From Centroscyllium fabricii (taxonomy: Eukaryota): a DNA stretch of 64,000 nt. The first letter of the stretch is position 1; the number at the start of each line of letters is the position of its first letter. The notes beneath the pieces were generated by a model that saw only the letters and a program-made list of their open reading frames with translations, was not told the origin of the DNA and ran no database searches. The position numbers and the translations under genes are program-made. Of the stretch, positions 1-12,400 are shown one piece after another. The stretch lies in NCBI GenBank assembly GCA_051313645.2, contig JBNRSN020000006.1, forward strand, positions 52,824,001-52,888,000, given 5' to 3'.

Positions 1-665
1 AGATTTTCCCGACTGTGCCGACAATTCAAAATGGCCGTCGTCGGGGCTGGGCTTCCCTTTCACCTAACATATACTCACTGGATCCTGGCTTAGTGACCAC
101 CCCGATGCCGATGGTGAATCCCAGGCCCAGAAGATGAGCTGTTGTGCCAGCCGCCTTTCGCAGGACGTGATACAGGCAATTCTCGGTGCCCATCGCTGCC
201 GGAGGCTCCTGCCTGGCTGCCTGCTGACGTCACTGTGTTCCGAAGCTGGCGTGCGGTGGCATCATTTGAGCCGCGCATTGGGCCTCAGGCCCGATGGAGC
301 CGTGCTGGCTGCTCCCTGATCCGCAGCAGAATCGATGGCTGCGTGCTGACGTCACCTCGTTCCGAAGCTGGCGTGCGGTGGCGTCACGTGAGCTAGACTT
401 AAGCCGTGCATTGGGCCTCAGGCCCGCTGGAGCCGTGCAGCCCGCTCCCTGATCCGCAGCAGAATCGTGTGCGAGTTCCACCCGACCCTTGGGCCGAAAA
501 TCAACTTCCAGGTACTGGCGAGCGCATGCGCAGAGCATTGAAAATTCCGCGGTGGCCATTTTGAATGCTCTGCGCATGCGCCACCGTGACTTCAATAATT
601 CGGCGTTTTCAATAATCCAGCAGGGTGCTGGTCCCGACCCTGCCGGATTAACGAACTTCAACCTG
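1..665. mobile_element. Right part of a Tigger/pogo-like non-autonomous DNA transposon with an internal duplication of about 125-135 bp
   Basis: Ends in TGCCGGATTAACGAACTTCAACCTG|TA, matching the right TIR of the element at 38272-38740. Duplicated blocks at about 223-335 and 346-468. Confidence 0.65.
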
Positions 666-1315
666 TATAGACCTTTTAAGAGACACAAACGCTGCATGGG
701 CCTACACTAAAACTCAGGTTCAGGTGCCAACAGCAGAGACACCAGTGCATGTAGTTGAGGGACCCCAGGCCCACCACCCCGTAAGCAACCCTTGATATGT
801 TATAACTATGGAAAGGTGGGACACTTTGCAAAGGATTGCTGAGGTCCTAGACAGGCTCTGGAGGGGGGAGGAATATAATTAATTTCTCGCAATATGGTTC
901 GTCCCGTTCACCCAATCCAATGGAAAGTAAAATAGATGCCCTAGGCTCATGTAAACTCTTGCAGTGACCCAGATGTCGGGGTGCCCCGTGACTCCAACTA
1001 TGAGTTCATCATTCCCGCCCCCACCATTATCCCAACAACCCAACGGCCCATTATGATGGGATCCGGCCCCACCGTCCTGGTCGGAAGTGGAGTTCAGACA
1101 AGATGGCCATGGTCGACCAGTGGTCTCAGCTTTGCTGCATGGGGGCCGACAGCAGACTATGCTAATAGACACCGGTTCATCTGTTACAATCCTACATTCC
1201 CCAGACCCTGAATGCCAGCTTGAAATAGGCAAAAGTAGCTTTGTAATAACAGGAGTCACCAGCACACAGGCACCATCATATCCAGGAGAGAAAGTTAGTA
1301 TTTCCCTTCAGACCT

Positions 1316-1606
1316 TGACATATCGTCAATACCTTCGATTAAAAGAGTCGACGAGTAGTTACCATAACTAAAGGCTTTTAATCGCTAAGATTGGAGCTAA
1401 CCTCCGGAACGAACGTCTGTACAGGAATGAGGAGCCTCGGTCAGTTTCCACCTATAAAGGGCCTCACCTGGGGGAGGAGTTAGAGGTGTGGCTGACCTGG
1501 CTCCCAACAGTATTACACAGGTTACAGGGCTGTGCCTTACATCTGCACAGCCCATTATTGGCACAATAATACAGTGGTAAAACAACTACATAAAAGGGTT
1601 ACCACA
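1316..1606 (-). repeat. 3' LTR, family 1
   Basis: TG...CA termini; about 3 differences from 7437-7727 by eye. Confidence 0.95.
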
Positions 1607-1607
1607 T

Positions 1608-4600
1608 TCACCCCTTCTTGAAAATTTTAAGTCCGGGGGGGGTGAATGGGCCGAACAATTCACGATCAGTCTGTCCGGCGGTCAGTGTCTGCCTGGAGGA
1701 CCGCCGGCGTTCCGGTGTTGGTGGTGGTGCCTCCTGGTTCGTACCACTCGCGTCTGCCGGTGGTGACCGCTGATCGGGTGCCGTGGCTTCTGGTGGCGAT
1801 GGATCCAGCTGGTCCCTGCCGTCCGGGTCGTAGTTCTGTACTGGCCACTGCTGGGGCTCTGGGAAGCTCAGGGGCCATCGTGTGTCTGGTGGGTTCTCTG
1901 AATACAGTGGCTGAGCGGCCTGCTGGCCGGCCAGGGGCTCTGCGGTGGTGCTTCCTGCGGGAGCCAGGTCCCTGATGGACACGGTGTCCTCACGCCCGTC
2001 CGGGAACTGCACGAATGCATAGTGTGGGTTTGCGTGTAGGAGCTGTACCTTGTCCACCAGGGGCTCTATCTTGTGGCTCCGGACATGTCTCCTAAGCCAA
2101 ACCGGCCCCGGAGTCGTCAGCCATGGAGGAAGAGCTGTCCCCGAAGTCGATTTCCTGGGGAAGGAGAAAATCAGATCATGCGGGGTGGCGTTAGTAGCAG
2201 TACATAATAGAGAGCGTATAGAGTGCAGCGCGTCTGGGAGGACTGCCTGCCAATGGGACACTGGAAGGCCTCTGGACTTCAGAGCCAGGGTGACCGCCTT
2301 CCAAATGATCCCATTCTCCCTTTCTACCTGGCCGTTCCCCCGGGGGTTATAACTGGTCGTTCTGCTCGTGGCAACCCCTTTCTGGAGCAGAAACTGGCGC
2401 AGTTCATCGCTCATGAACGATGACCCCCGGTCGCTATGGATGTAGCTGGGGAGACCGAAGATGGCGAACAGCGTGGTGAAGTGTTTTATCACCGTTGCGC
2501 TCATCATATCTGCGCAGGGGAAGGCGAAGGGGAAGCGGGAAAACTCATCCACTACCGTGAGGAAGTATGAGTTGCGGTCGGTGGAAGGGAGGGGGCCTTT
2601 GAAGTCCACGCTGAGACGTTCAAAGGGGCGGGTGGCCTTAATGAGGTGCGCCGTGTCTGGACGGAAAAAGTGGAGTTTGCACTCGGTGCAGACAGGGCAC
2701 TCTCGGGTCATAGCCTTGATCTCCGTGATGGAGTAGGGGAGGCTACGGGACTTGACGAAGTGGGCGAGTCTGGTGACACCCGAGTGGCAAAGGCGGTCGT
2801 GGAGGTCCTTCAGCCGGTCTAGCTGGGCACTGGCGCACGTTCCCCTGGACAGCGCGTCCGGGGGTTCATTGAGTTTACCTGGTCGTTAAAGAATGTCGTA
2901 CTCGTAAGTCGAGAGTTCGATCCGCCACCGCAGGATCTTATCATTCTTGATTTTACCCCGTTGTTTATTATTAAACATAAACGCCACCGACCGTTGGTCG
3001 GTGAGCAGGGTAAAACGCTTACCGGCCAGGTAATGACGCCAGTAGCGCACGGCCTCCACGATGGCCTGGGCCTCCTTTTCCACTGCTGAGTGGCGAGTTT
3101 CGGGTCCCTGTAAGGTGCGGGAGAAAAACGCTACGGGCCTGCCTGCCTGATTCAGGGTGGCAGCAAGGGCAAAGTCCGAAGCGTCACTCTCCACCTGGAA
3201 AGGGATGGATTCATCAACAGCGAGCATGGTCGCCTTGATAATATCTTCCTTTATCCTTGCGAATGCCGTTTGGGCTTCTACAGAAAGGGGGAAGACGGCA
3301 GCCTTGAGGAGTGGTCTAGCCTTATCTGCGAACTGTGGGACCCATTGTGCATAATAGGAGAAAAATCCTAGGCATCTCCTCAAGGCTTTGGGGTTGTGAG
3401 GTAGGGGCAGTTCTTGCAGGGGTCGCATACGCTGTGGGTCGGGGCCGAGGACCCCGTTCTCCACCACGTATCCGAGGATGGCGAGCCGGTCTGTATTAAA
3501 GACACATTTGTCTTTGTTATACGTAAGGTCCAGCTTGTCCGCCGTGTGGAGAAATTTGGCCAGATTGGCATCGTGGTCCTGCTGGTCGTGGCCGCAGATG
3601 GTCACGTTGTCCAGGTAAGGGAAAGTGGCCTGCAAGTCATTTTGGTCAACCATACGGTCCATCTCCCGTTGGAACACTGACACTCCGTTGGTCACGCCAA
3701 AGGGGACCCGGAGGAAGTGGTAGAGCCGACCGTTCGCCTCGAAGGCGGTGTACGGGCGGTCGGCTTTCCGAATCGGGAGCTGATGATACGCCGATTTAAG
3801 GTCGATCGTAGAGAACACCTTGTACTGGGCGATCTGGTTGACCATGTTTGAGATGCGGGGAAGGGGGTAGGCGTCGAGCCCGGTGTAGCGGTTGATAGTC
3901 TGGCTGTAATCGATAACCAGCCGCTGTTTCTCGCCAGACTTCACCACTACAACTTGGGCGTGCCAGGGGCTGGTGCTGGCTTCAATTATCCCCTACTTCA
4001 GCATCCGCCCGACCTCCGACCTGATAAACGTGCGATCCCCCTCACTGTACCGCCGACTCTTAGTAGCAATGGGTTTGCACTTCGGATCGAGGTTGGCGAA
4101 CAGCGAGGGGGGGTCGATTTTCAGGGTGGAGAGGCCGCAGGCCGGGCTCCGCTTTGGGAAGGGATTGTCCCGGCTACTGACGGTGAGGGGGGGCAAGGTC
4201 CCGCCGAATTCCATTGTCACGCTCTTGAGGTGGCACTGGAAATCCAAACCTAGTAAGGCTGGGGCACACAACTGCTGGAGGGTATACAATTTAAAATTAC
4301 GGTACACGCGCCCCTTGATGGTGAGCGTGACGGAGCAGTAGCCGGTGACGTCCGCGGTGTGGGACTGTGAAGCTAGGGAGACTTGGTAGTTAGTGGGCCG
4401 GACCTGCAGTCCGCAGCGCTGCACTGTATCGGGGTGTACGAAACTCTCAGTGCTTCCTGTGTCAAAAAGGCAGTTAACCGTGTAGCCGTTAATCAAAATT
4501 GGCATTATAGAGTTAAACAGGGTATGTGGCCTGTCCTGGTTCACTCTGATTCTGGCTGCCGCAGCCGTGCATTTCCGTGTGCGTGGGGACCTTGCTGGTC

Positions 4601-5895
4601 GGGGCTGTACACAAGATGGCTGTGCCCCTGGCTCGCACATGGTGGGGCCCTGGATACAAAATGGCGGCGCCCCTGGCCCGCACATGGAGGGGCCCTGGAT
4701 ACAAAATGGCGGCGCCCCTGGCTCGCACATGGAGGGGCCCTGGGTACAAAATGGCGTCGCCGGGTGGTCGCACATGGTGGGCTGCTGTGAGCGCGCTGGC
4801 GGCGCCCGTGATTCGCACGCAGCGGACCGCGGTGATCGGGTTGGCGGTGCCCGTGATTCGCACGCAGCGGGCCGCGGTGGTCGGGTTGGCGGTGCCCGTG
4901 ATTCGCACGCAGCGGGCCGCGGTGGTCGGGTTGGCGGTGCCCGTGATTCGCACGCAGCCGGCCGCGTTGGGGTTTGCGCTTGGCCGGCCTTTGCCGCATC
5001 GGGGTGGGAGATGGGGGCGCTTGTTGTCTACCCCCGGACCGTCGCTGGATCGCGCTGCTATTGCAGCTTACCTGGTGTCTGTCGGTGCTCTCACAGGCTG
5101 CACTGTTGTACCTTGGGTTAGGCGCTGCTGCAGCTGATCTGCAGGCTTTAGCGTAATGACCTTTCTTAGCGCATCTCTCACAGGTCGCTGTCAACTGGCC
5201 GGGCATCTCGCTCTTGGGTGCAGTCCCTGGCTGCAGAAGTAGCAGCGCTTATCTTTTGTGGCTGTCGCAGCCATCGTGGGGGTCTCGACCCGTTGTGGTG
5301 CTGCCCACGCCTGGGCCCGTTGTGGCGCGGCCCAAATGTCGTAGGCTTGCGGGTTAGTGCCGCTGTACGCCTGTAACTTGTTTCGGGCCCCCTCTACTGA
5401 TTTGGCTATCTTAGTCGCCTCCTCGAGGGACAGAGTGTCTTTCTCCAGTAGCCGCTGGCGGGCTTCCACACACCTTAGTCCCGTAACGTAAGCATCCCGA
5501 ACGAGGGGTTCCGCCTCCTCTTCAGCTGTTCTGGCTTGGCAGCCACAGACCCGTACCAGGGCCTGGAGTGCTTGCTCGAACTGGTCATTGGACTCACCCG
5601 GTAGCTGAGATCTGGTCGCAAGCACATGTCGGGCGTAGACCGAATGGACTGGGCGCTCGTAGCATTTTCGTAGTAATATTACGGCCGCTGTGTAGGTTGA
5701 GGCGTTCCTGATGAGGGAGAATACCCTGCTGGAGATCCTCGACCGGAGGACCTGCAGTTTGTTCCCGTCCGATGTAGCCTTGGCGGCGTCCATGTAGGCC
5801 TCCAGGAGGCCGAACCAGTGTTCGAACGTGGTAGCAGCGGCCAGCTCCTGGGGGCTGATGTCCAGCTTCTCAGGTTTAACTGCGCTGCTCTCCAT
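1608..5895 (-). pseudogene. Gypsy gag-pro-RT-RNaseH-integrase with a few stops and frameshifts
   Basis: Gag with CCHC knuckles (5191-5895), protease LFDTGS (3993-4775), RT/RNase H IDLKSAYHQ, YLDN, ESDAS (2886-3947), integrase VDFKGP, HSDRG, GQVER (1608-2711). Confidence 0.93.
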
Positions 5896-5919
5896 TTTAA
5901 AATATTTAGCGATTAAAAT

Positions 5920-6210
5920 TAACGTATCGTCAATACCTCAGATTAAAAGAGTCGACGAGTAGTTACCGAAACTAAAGGCTTTTAATCGCTAAGAACGGAG
6001 CTACCCTCCGGAACGAACTTCTGTACAGGAATGAGGAGCCTCGGTCAGTTTCCACCTATAAAGGGCCTCACCTGGGGGAGGAGTTAGAGGTGTGGCTGAC
6101 CTGGCTCCCAACAGTATTACACAGTATACAGGGCTGTGCCTTACATCTGCACAGCCCATTATTGGCACAATAATTACAGTGGTAAACAACTATATACAAG
6201 GGTTACCACA
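5920..6210 (-). repeat. Internal LTR from a sibling copy of family 1
   Basis: Same length as the outer LTRs but with diagnostic differences (e.g. aaacaactatatacaaggg vs aaaacaactacataaaaggg). Joined exactly at its terminus to gag sequence at 6211. Confidence 0.93.
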
Positions 6211-7412
6211 GGCTGTACACAAGATGGCGGCGCCCCTGGCTCGCACATGGTGGGGCCCTGGATACAAGATGGCGGCGCCCCTGGCTCGCACATGGCGGGG
6301 CCCTGGAAACAAAATGGCGTCGCCGAGGAGTCGCACATGGTGGGCCGCTGTGAGCGCGCTGGCGGCGCCCGTGATTCGCACGCAGCGGACCGCGGTGGTC
6401 GGGTTGGCGGTGCCCGTGATTCGCACGCAGCGAGCCGCGGTGGTCGGGTTGGCGGTGCCCGTGATTCGCACGCAGCCGGCCGCGTTGGGGGGTCGCACTT
6501 GGCCGGCCTTTGCCGCATCGGGGTGGGAGATGGGGGCGCTTGTTGTCTACCCCCGGACCGTCGAAGGATCGCGCTGCTATTGCAGCTTACCTGGTGTCTG
6601 TCGGTGCTCTCACAGGCTGTACTGTTGTACCTTGGGTTAGGCGCTGCTGAAGCTGATCTGCAGGCTTTAGCGTAGTGTCCTTTCTTAGCGCACCTCTCGC
6701 AGGTCGCTGTCCTGGCTGGGCATCTCGCTCTTGGGTGCAGTCCCTGGCTGCAGAAGTAGCAGCGCTTATCTTTAGTGGCTGTCGCAGCCATCGTGGGGGT
6801 CTCGGCCCGCTGTGGTGCTGCCCAGGCCTGGGCCCGTTGTGGCGCGGCCCATATGTCGTAGGCTTGCGGGTTAGTGCCGCTGTACGCCTGTAGTTTGTTT
6901 CGGGCCCCCTCTACTGAGTTGGCTATCTTAATCGCCTCCTCGAGGGACAGAGTGTCTCTCTCCAGTAGCCGCTGGCGGGCTTCCACACACCTTAGTCCCG
7001 TAACGTAAGCATCCCGAACGAGGAGATTCGCCTCCTCTTCAGCTGTTCTGGCTTGGCAGCCACAGACCCGTACCAGGGCCTGGAGCGCTTGCTCGAACTG
7101 CTCATTGGTCTCACCCGGTAGCTGAGATCTGGTTGCAAGCACATGTCGGGCGTAGACCGAATGGACCGGGCACTCGTAGCATTTTCTTAGTTGCAGCACA
7201 GCTGCTGTGTAGGTTGAGGTGTTTCTGATGAGGGAGAATACCCTGCTGGAGATCCTCGACCGGAGGACCTGCAATTTGTTCCTGTCCGATGTAGCCTTGG
7301 CAGCGTCCATGTAGGCCTCCAGGAGGCCGAACCAGTGTTCGAACGTGGTAGCAGCGGCCAGGTCCTGGGGACTGATGTCCAGCTTCTCAGGTTTAACTGC
7401 GCTGCTCTCCAT
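6211..7412 (-). pseudogene. Second gag copy, open reading frame truncated by the LTR junction
   Basis: ORF 6174-7412 MESSAVKPEKLD...CYFCSQGLHPRARC...CERCAKKGHYAKAC, nearly identical to the gag starting at 5895. Confidence 0.92.
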
Positions 7413-7436
7413 TTAAAAATATTTAGCGATTAAAAT

Positions 7437-7727
7437 TGACGTATCGTCAATACCTTCGATTAAAAGAGTCGACGAGTAGTTACCGTAACTAAAGGCTTTT
7501 AATCGCTAAGATTGGAGCTAACCTCCGGAACGAACTTCTGTACAGGAATGAGGAGCCTCGGTCAGTTTCCACCTATAAAGGGCCTCACCTGGGGGAGGAG
7601 TTAGAGGTGTGGCTGACCTGGCTCCCAACAGTATTACACAGGTTACAGGGCTGTGCCTTACATCTGCACAGCCCATTATTGGCACAATAATACAGTGGTA
7701 AAACAACTACATAAAAGGGTTACCACA
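7437..7727 (-). repeat. 5' LTR, family 1
   Basis: TG...CA termini, followed by the TSD. Contains TTTATAGG and ATTAAA on the sense strand. Confidence 0.95.
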
Positions 7728-8242
7728 GACCTTCCCCATAAAAATCACTGATCTGTTATATGTGTGTATGATCAACAAAATGGAAATACTTGGTAATGAC
7801 ACCCTACAAGGAATGCCAGCCATTATAGATTACAATCAGAACTGTTTGTGGGTTGAGTCTAAACCAGGAGATATAGTGCAAATTTCAGATGCCCACTCAG
7901 TGTTTGCTATAAAGAAGCCTGAGCAGATAGCACTGCCGACGCATTCCCTGCCTGCTGTTAACTCCTTAGTGATTAAACAGGCAGCAGCCTTTGTTAAGTC
8001 TAAACACGACAGCAGGAGAATAGAAGGGGAAACACGAATTAATGGTCCACCCCATCGCGCATGTAAACAATGCCCGATTCCCCGGGAGAGTACTCCATAT
8101 TTGCGAACGGTCATTGCCTCATTAGAAGAGCAGGGAGTAGTGCGCAAAGGTTCGTTTACCACCAATTCCCCTGCATGGTCGGTTAGGAAGCCAAATGATT
8201 CCTGAAGGCTTACTATGGATTTACGAGCCCTAAACAAAGCCT

Positions 8243-8676
8243 CATAGAAACGTAGAAGACAGGAGCAGGAGTAAGCCATTCGGCCCCTCGAGCCTGCTCC
8301 ACCATTCAATGTGATCATGGCTGATCATTCAATTTCAGTGCCCTGTCCCTGCCTTCTCCCCAAATTCCTTGATCCCTTTAGCCATAAAAAATATATCTAA
8401 CTCCTTCTTGAATATATTTAATGAATTGACCTCAACTGCCTTCTGTGGTAGAGAATTCCACAGGTTCACCACTCTCTGGGTGAAGAAATTTCTCCTCATC
8501 TCTGTCCTCAATGGCTTACCCCTTATCCTTAGACTGTGACCCCCTGGTTCTGGACTCCCCCGCCATCGGGAACATCCTTCCTGCATCTAGTCTGTCCAGT
8601 CCTGTTAGAATTTTAGTTTCAATGAGATCCCCTCTCAGGGGGAGGCGGTGGCGCAGTGGTTATGTCACTAGACTCG
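8243..8676 (-). mobile_element. CR1 LINE 3' fragment plus a short tRNA-SINE head (about 8640-8676, plus strand), sitting where the ERV RT core should be
   Basis: GHSLRIRGKPLRTEMRRNFFTQRVVNLWNSLP, CR1 3' UTR, then ggaggcggtggcgcagtggttatgtcactagact. Confidence 0.8.
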
Positions 8677-9411
8677 TAAGCCATTTTATTCTGAACTTTG
8701 CAGACTTGGCTAAACCTTTGTATGATCTTTTAAAGGGCAATGCAGAAGAGATACAATCCGTATGGGAAGACCACCATACTGCAGCAGTTAGTGCTTTGAA
8801 ACAAGCCACCATGCAGGCTCCCGCCCTCATTACCCCAGATCACAGCCAGCCCTTTCATCTTGAAGTAGGCTCCACCCCTACCAGACCAACTGCTGTTTTA
8901 AGTCAGACCCAAGCAATCAGCGAGACACTGCGCCCCATCGCGTAAGCCTCACGTATCTTACTAGGGGTAGAAAGCACATTCTCAGCGTGCGAGCGCCACC
9001 TGTTGGCCACAGCAGTAAGCATTTCACTGTCTAAATTGTATTTAGTACACGTGACCTTGAACTTGAACTTGAACATTTTGGGCAGTCAATCATTTTACTG
9101 ATATCACCGGACTGCAGAAAGTGATATTGCATTCTGTTGCTAAAATCAAGTGAGACTAAGGTCTCAGCGAATTAGTAAATGGACACTTGAATTGTTACAG
9201 CGAGACCTGGACATTACTCCTAAATGAACTACATTGTTACCCCTTATGCTCGCCTGTGAGGGAAGCCCCACCAGTGTCCGTTACCAGTCCTAGATATGGA
9301 ACCAAACACAGTAAAGGCCAATGCCATACTCAGAGCTCGAAATGTGTACGTAGATGGATCATCATACTATGTAGATGGCCATCCTAGAACTGGATGTGCC
9401 CTCTTTGATAT

Positions 9412-12400
9412 TGTGGTAAACCATTAGCAGTAATGCTATACCACTGTTGTACTACCGTACTGTTATCTGTAACTACCTTGCTGCTGCCTTTGTAAATACT
9501 GTACTATGACCTGTAAATACCTGTATGTTAATACTTGTAGGAGCGTGCCCCGGCTGACCCCGCCTCTGACTCCACCTCCGGACTCAGGTACTTAGGTGCT
9601 TACTCATCCACCTCCAGTCAGTGCACCTCTCAGCTCAGCCGAGACACACTCCATTCTTTAGTGAATAAAAGCCATATAGTTAAGGTTAACTCTTCGTCTT
9701 TGGCCTTACTGATGGTACATCAATTTTATTCACTAAATTTTCGACAATGGAGAACGCATTGAAACCGGACTGACTAGATTTCGATCCCCAGGCATCGAGT
9801 GCAGCAAACGACTTTGAACAGTGGTTCAACTGTTTCGAGGCCTACCTGAGAGCCATGAAAGCCGGTGACGACGACAAACTCCAGTTACTGGTCTTCAGGA
9901 TCAGCGGCTGGGTGTACTCCCTCATCAGGGACACCAAAACGTACTCGGACGCTGTCGGGAAACTGAAGGGCCATTACTTACACCTAGTCAACTCGGTGTA
10001 CGCCAAGCACCTACTGGCTGCCAGAAGACAACAACCGGGTGAGTCGAACGCTGAATTCCTCCGGGCGCTCCAGACCCTCGTACGGGCCTGCGAGGCAGTA
10101 ACTGCAGCTGAGCACGCAGAACTCCTGGTTACCGATGTGTACGTGGCGGGGCTCAAGTCTAGCTAGGCCCAACAACGGCTGCTGGAGCAGGACAAACTCT
10201 CCCTCGACTCTGCCATCACGCTGTCCAATGCGGTCGACGGGGTCCTCCGGAGCATGGACTCGTACACGGCGGGTAACCCCCACGTGGGCCCATCTAATTC
10301 CTGGGCGCTTCAAACGCAGGCCCCAATGACAGCAGCGGCAGCTGCGACTCCAGCAGGCCCCAGATGCTACTTCTGCGGTCAGGCAAAACACCAGCGGCAG
10401 CTGTGCCCAGCGAGGAGCGCGACTTGCACGAAGTGCGGGAAGAAGGGCCACTTCGCAAAAGTTTGCAAATCGGGCCCAGCCTCAAGACCCAACTGCGCGG
10501 CCTGCGAATCGAGCTAAGTCGCTCTGTGGCCACAGGTACGGTGCTGCAGCGCGACCCGGCAGCGGCCAGCCGTGTGCGAACCATGGGCGCCACCATCTTT
10601 AAACAGTCACGGCAGCAGCCGGCTGCATGCGAACCACGGGTGCCGCCATCTTTGATACAGTCGCGGCCAGCCGTGTGCGAAACACGGGCACCGCCATCTT
10701 TGATGCAGTCGCGGCCAGCCGCGTGCGAACCATGGGCGCCGCCATCTTGCCACTCACCCCGGAAAGGGCCCCAGCACATCCACAATACTGGCCTCAGCCA
10801 CTGTCGACCAGTCCAGGCCTCACCCCTTGACTAACTCCATGATGGCACTCACGGTTGAGGGGCACGCCACGAATTGCCTGTTCGATACCGGGAGTACGGA
10901 GAGTTTCATACACCCCGACACGGTGCGGTGTTACGCACTGCCGGTCAGACCCACGCGCTACCAAATCTCCCTGGCCTCCAAGTCCCACACTGCGGACATC
11001 ACCGGCTACTGCACGGTCACGCTCACGGTCAAGGGGTCCACGTACCGCAATTTTAAATTGTACGTCCTCCCGCACCTCTGCGCACCAGTGTTACTGGGAC
11101 TGGATTTCCAGTGCAACCTGCAGAGTGTGACGATGGCGTACGGCGGGCCTGTGTCCCCCCTCACGGTCAGTAGCCGGGACGACGCCAACCTACCACAGCA
11201 CTCGACCTGCAGCCTGTCCACGCTCAAATTTGACCTGCCCTCGCTGTTCGCCAACCTCGACCCCAACCACAAACCCATTGCAACCAAGAGTCGGCGATAC
11301 AGTGCAGGGGACTGGGCTTTTATCAGGACAGAGGTCGAGCGACTGCTACGGGAGGGGATCATTGAGGCCAGTACCAGCCCTTGGAGGGCCCAAGTCATAG
11401 TGGTTAAGACCGGTGGAAAAACTGTGCATGGTCATAGACTATAGCCAGACCATTAACCACAACACTGGGCTCAACGCGTACTCCCTTCCCCGCATCATGG
11501 ACATGGTCAACCAGATTGCCCAGTACAAGGTTTTCTCCACCATCGACCTTAAGTCGGCGTACCATCAGCTCCCCATTCGGGCTGCGGACCGCCGGTACAC
11601 TGCCTTCGAGGCGAACGGGCAACTCTACCACTTCCTCCGGGTCCCCTTCGGTGTTACCAATGGAGTGTCGGTCTTCCAGCGGGAGATGGACCGAATGGTT
11701 GACCAGAACCAGTTGCAGGCCACCTTCCCCTACTTAGATAACGTCACCATCTGCGGCTATGATCAGCCGGACCATGACGCTACCCTCGACAAATTTCTCC
11801 GTACGGCCCGGCATCTGAACCTCACGTACAACGAGGACAAATATACCTTTAGTACCACCCGCCTCGCCATCCTCGGCTATGTGGTGGAGAACGGGGTCCT
11901 CGGCCCCGATCCCGAGCGTATGCGCCCCCTGCAGGAGCTACCCCTATGACACAATCCCAAAGCTTTGAAGAGATGCCTGGGGTTTTTCTCCTATTACGCT
12001 CAATGGGTGCCCCAGTACGCGGATAAGGCCTGGCCTCTCCTCAAAGCTGCCGTTTTCCCACTTCCGGTAGAAGCCCAGGCGGCCTTCACTCGGATTAAGG
12101 AAGATATCGTCAAGGCTACCATGCACGCCATTGATGAGTCCATTCCTTTCCAGGTCGAGAGCGACACATCGGACTTCGCCCTGGCCGCCACCCTCAACCA
12201 GGCGGGCAGGCCCGTCGCTTTCTTTTCCCCAACCATACAGGGGCCCGAAATTCACCACTCCTCGGTGGAGAAGGAGGCTCAAGCTATCGTGGAGGCAGTG
12301 TGCTACTGGCGCCACTACCTGGCCGGTAAGAAATTTACCCTGCTCACGGACCAACGGTCAGTGGCATTTATGTTCAACAACAAACAACAGGGTAAAATCA

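Larger units (their letters stand above)
1316..7727 (-). mobile_element. Ty3/Gypsy LTR retrotransposon composite with three LTRs (family 1)
   Basis: 5-bp TSD GACCT (1311-1315 and 7728-7732). 291-bp LTRs at 1316-1606, 5920-6210 and 7437-7727. PPT AAGAAGGGGTGAA next to the 3' LTR. Confidence 0.95.

Noticed and set aside
4600-4965. Regularly spaced repeats resembling a CRISPR array (also 38455-38660)
   Set aside because: These are tandem units with no unique spacers, they lie inside eukaryotic transposons, and there are no cas genes.
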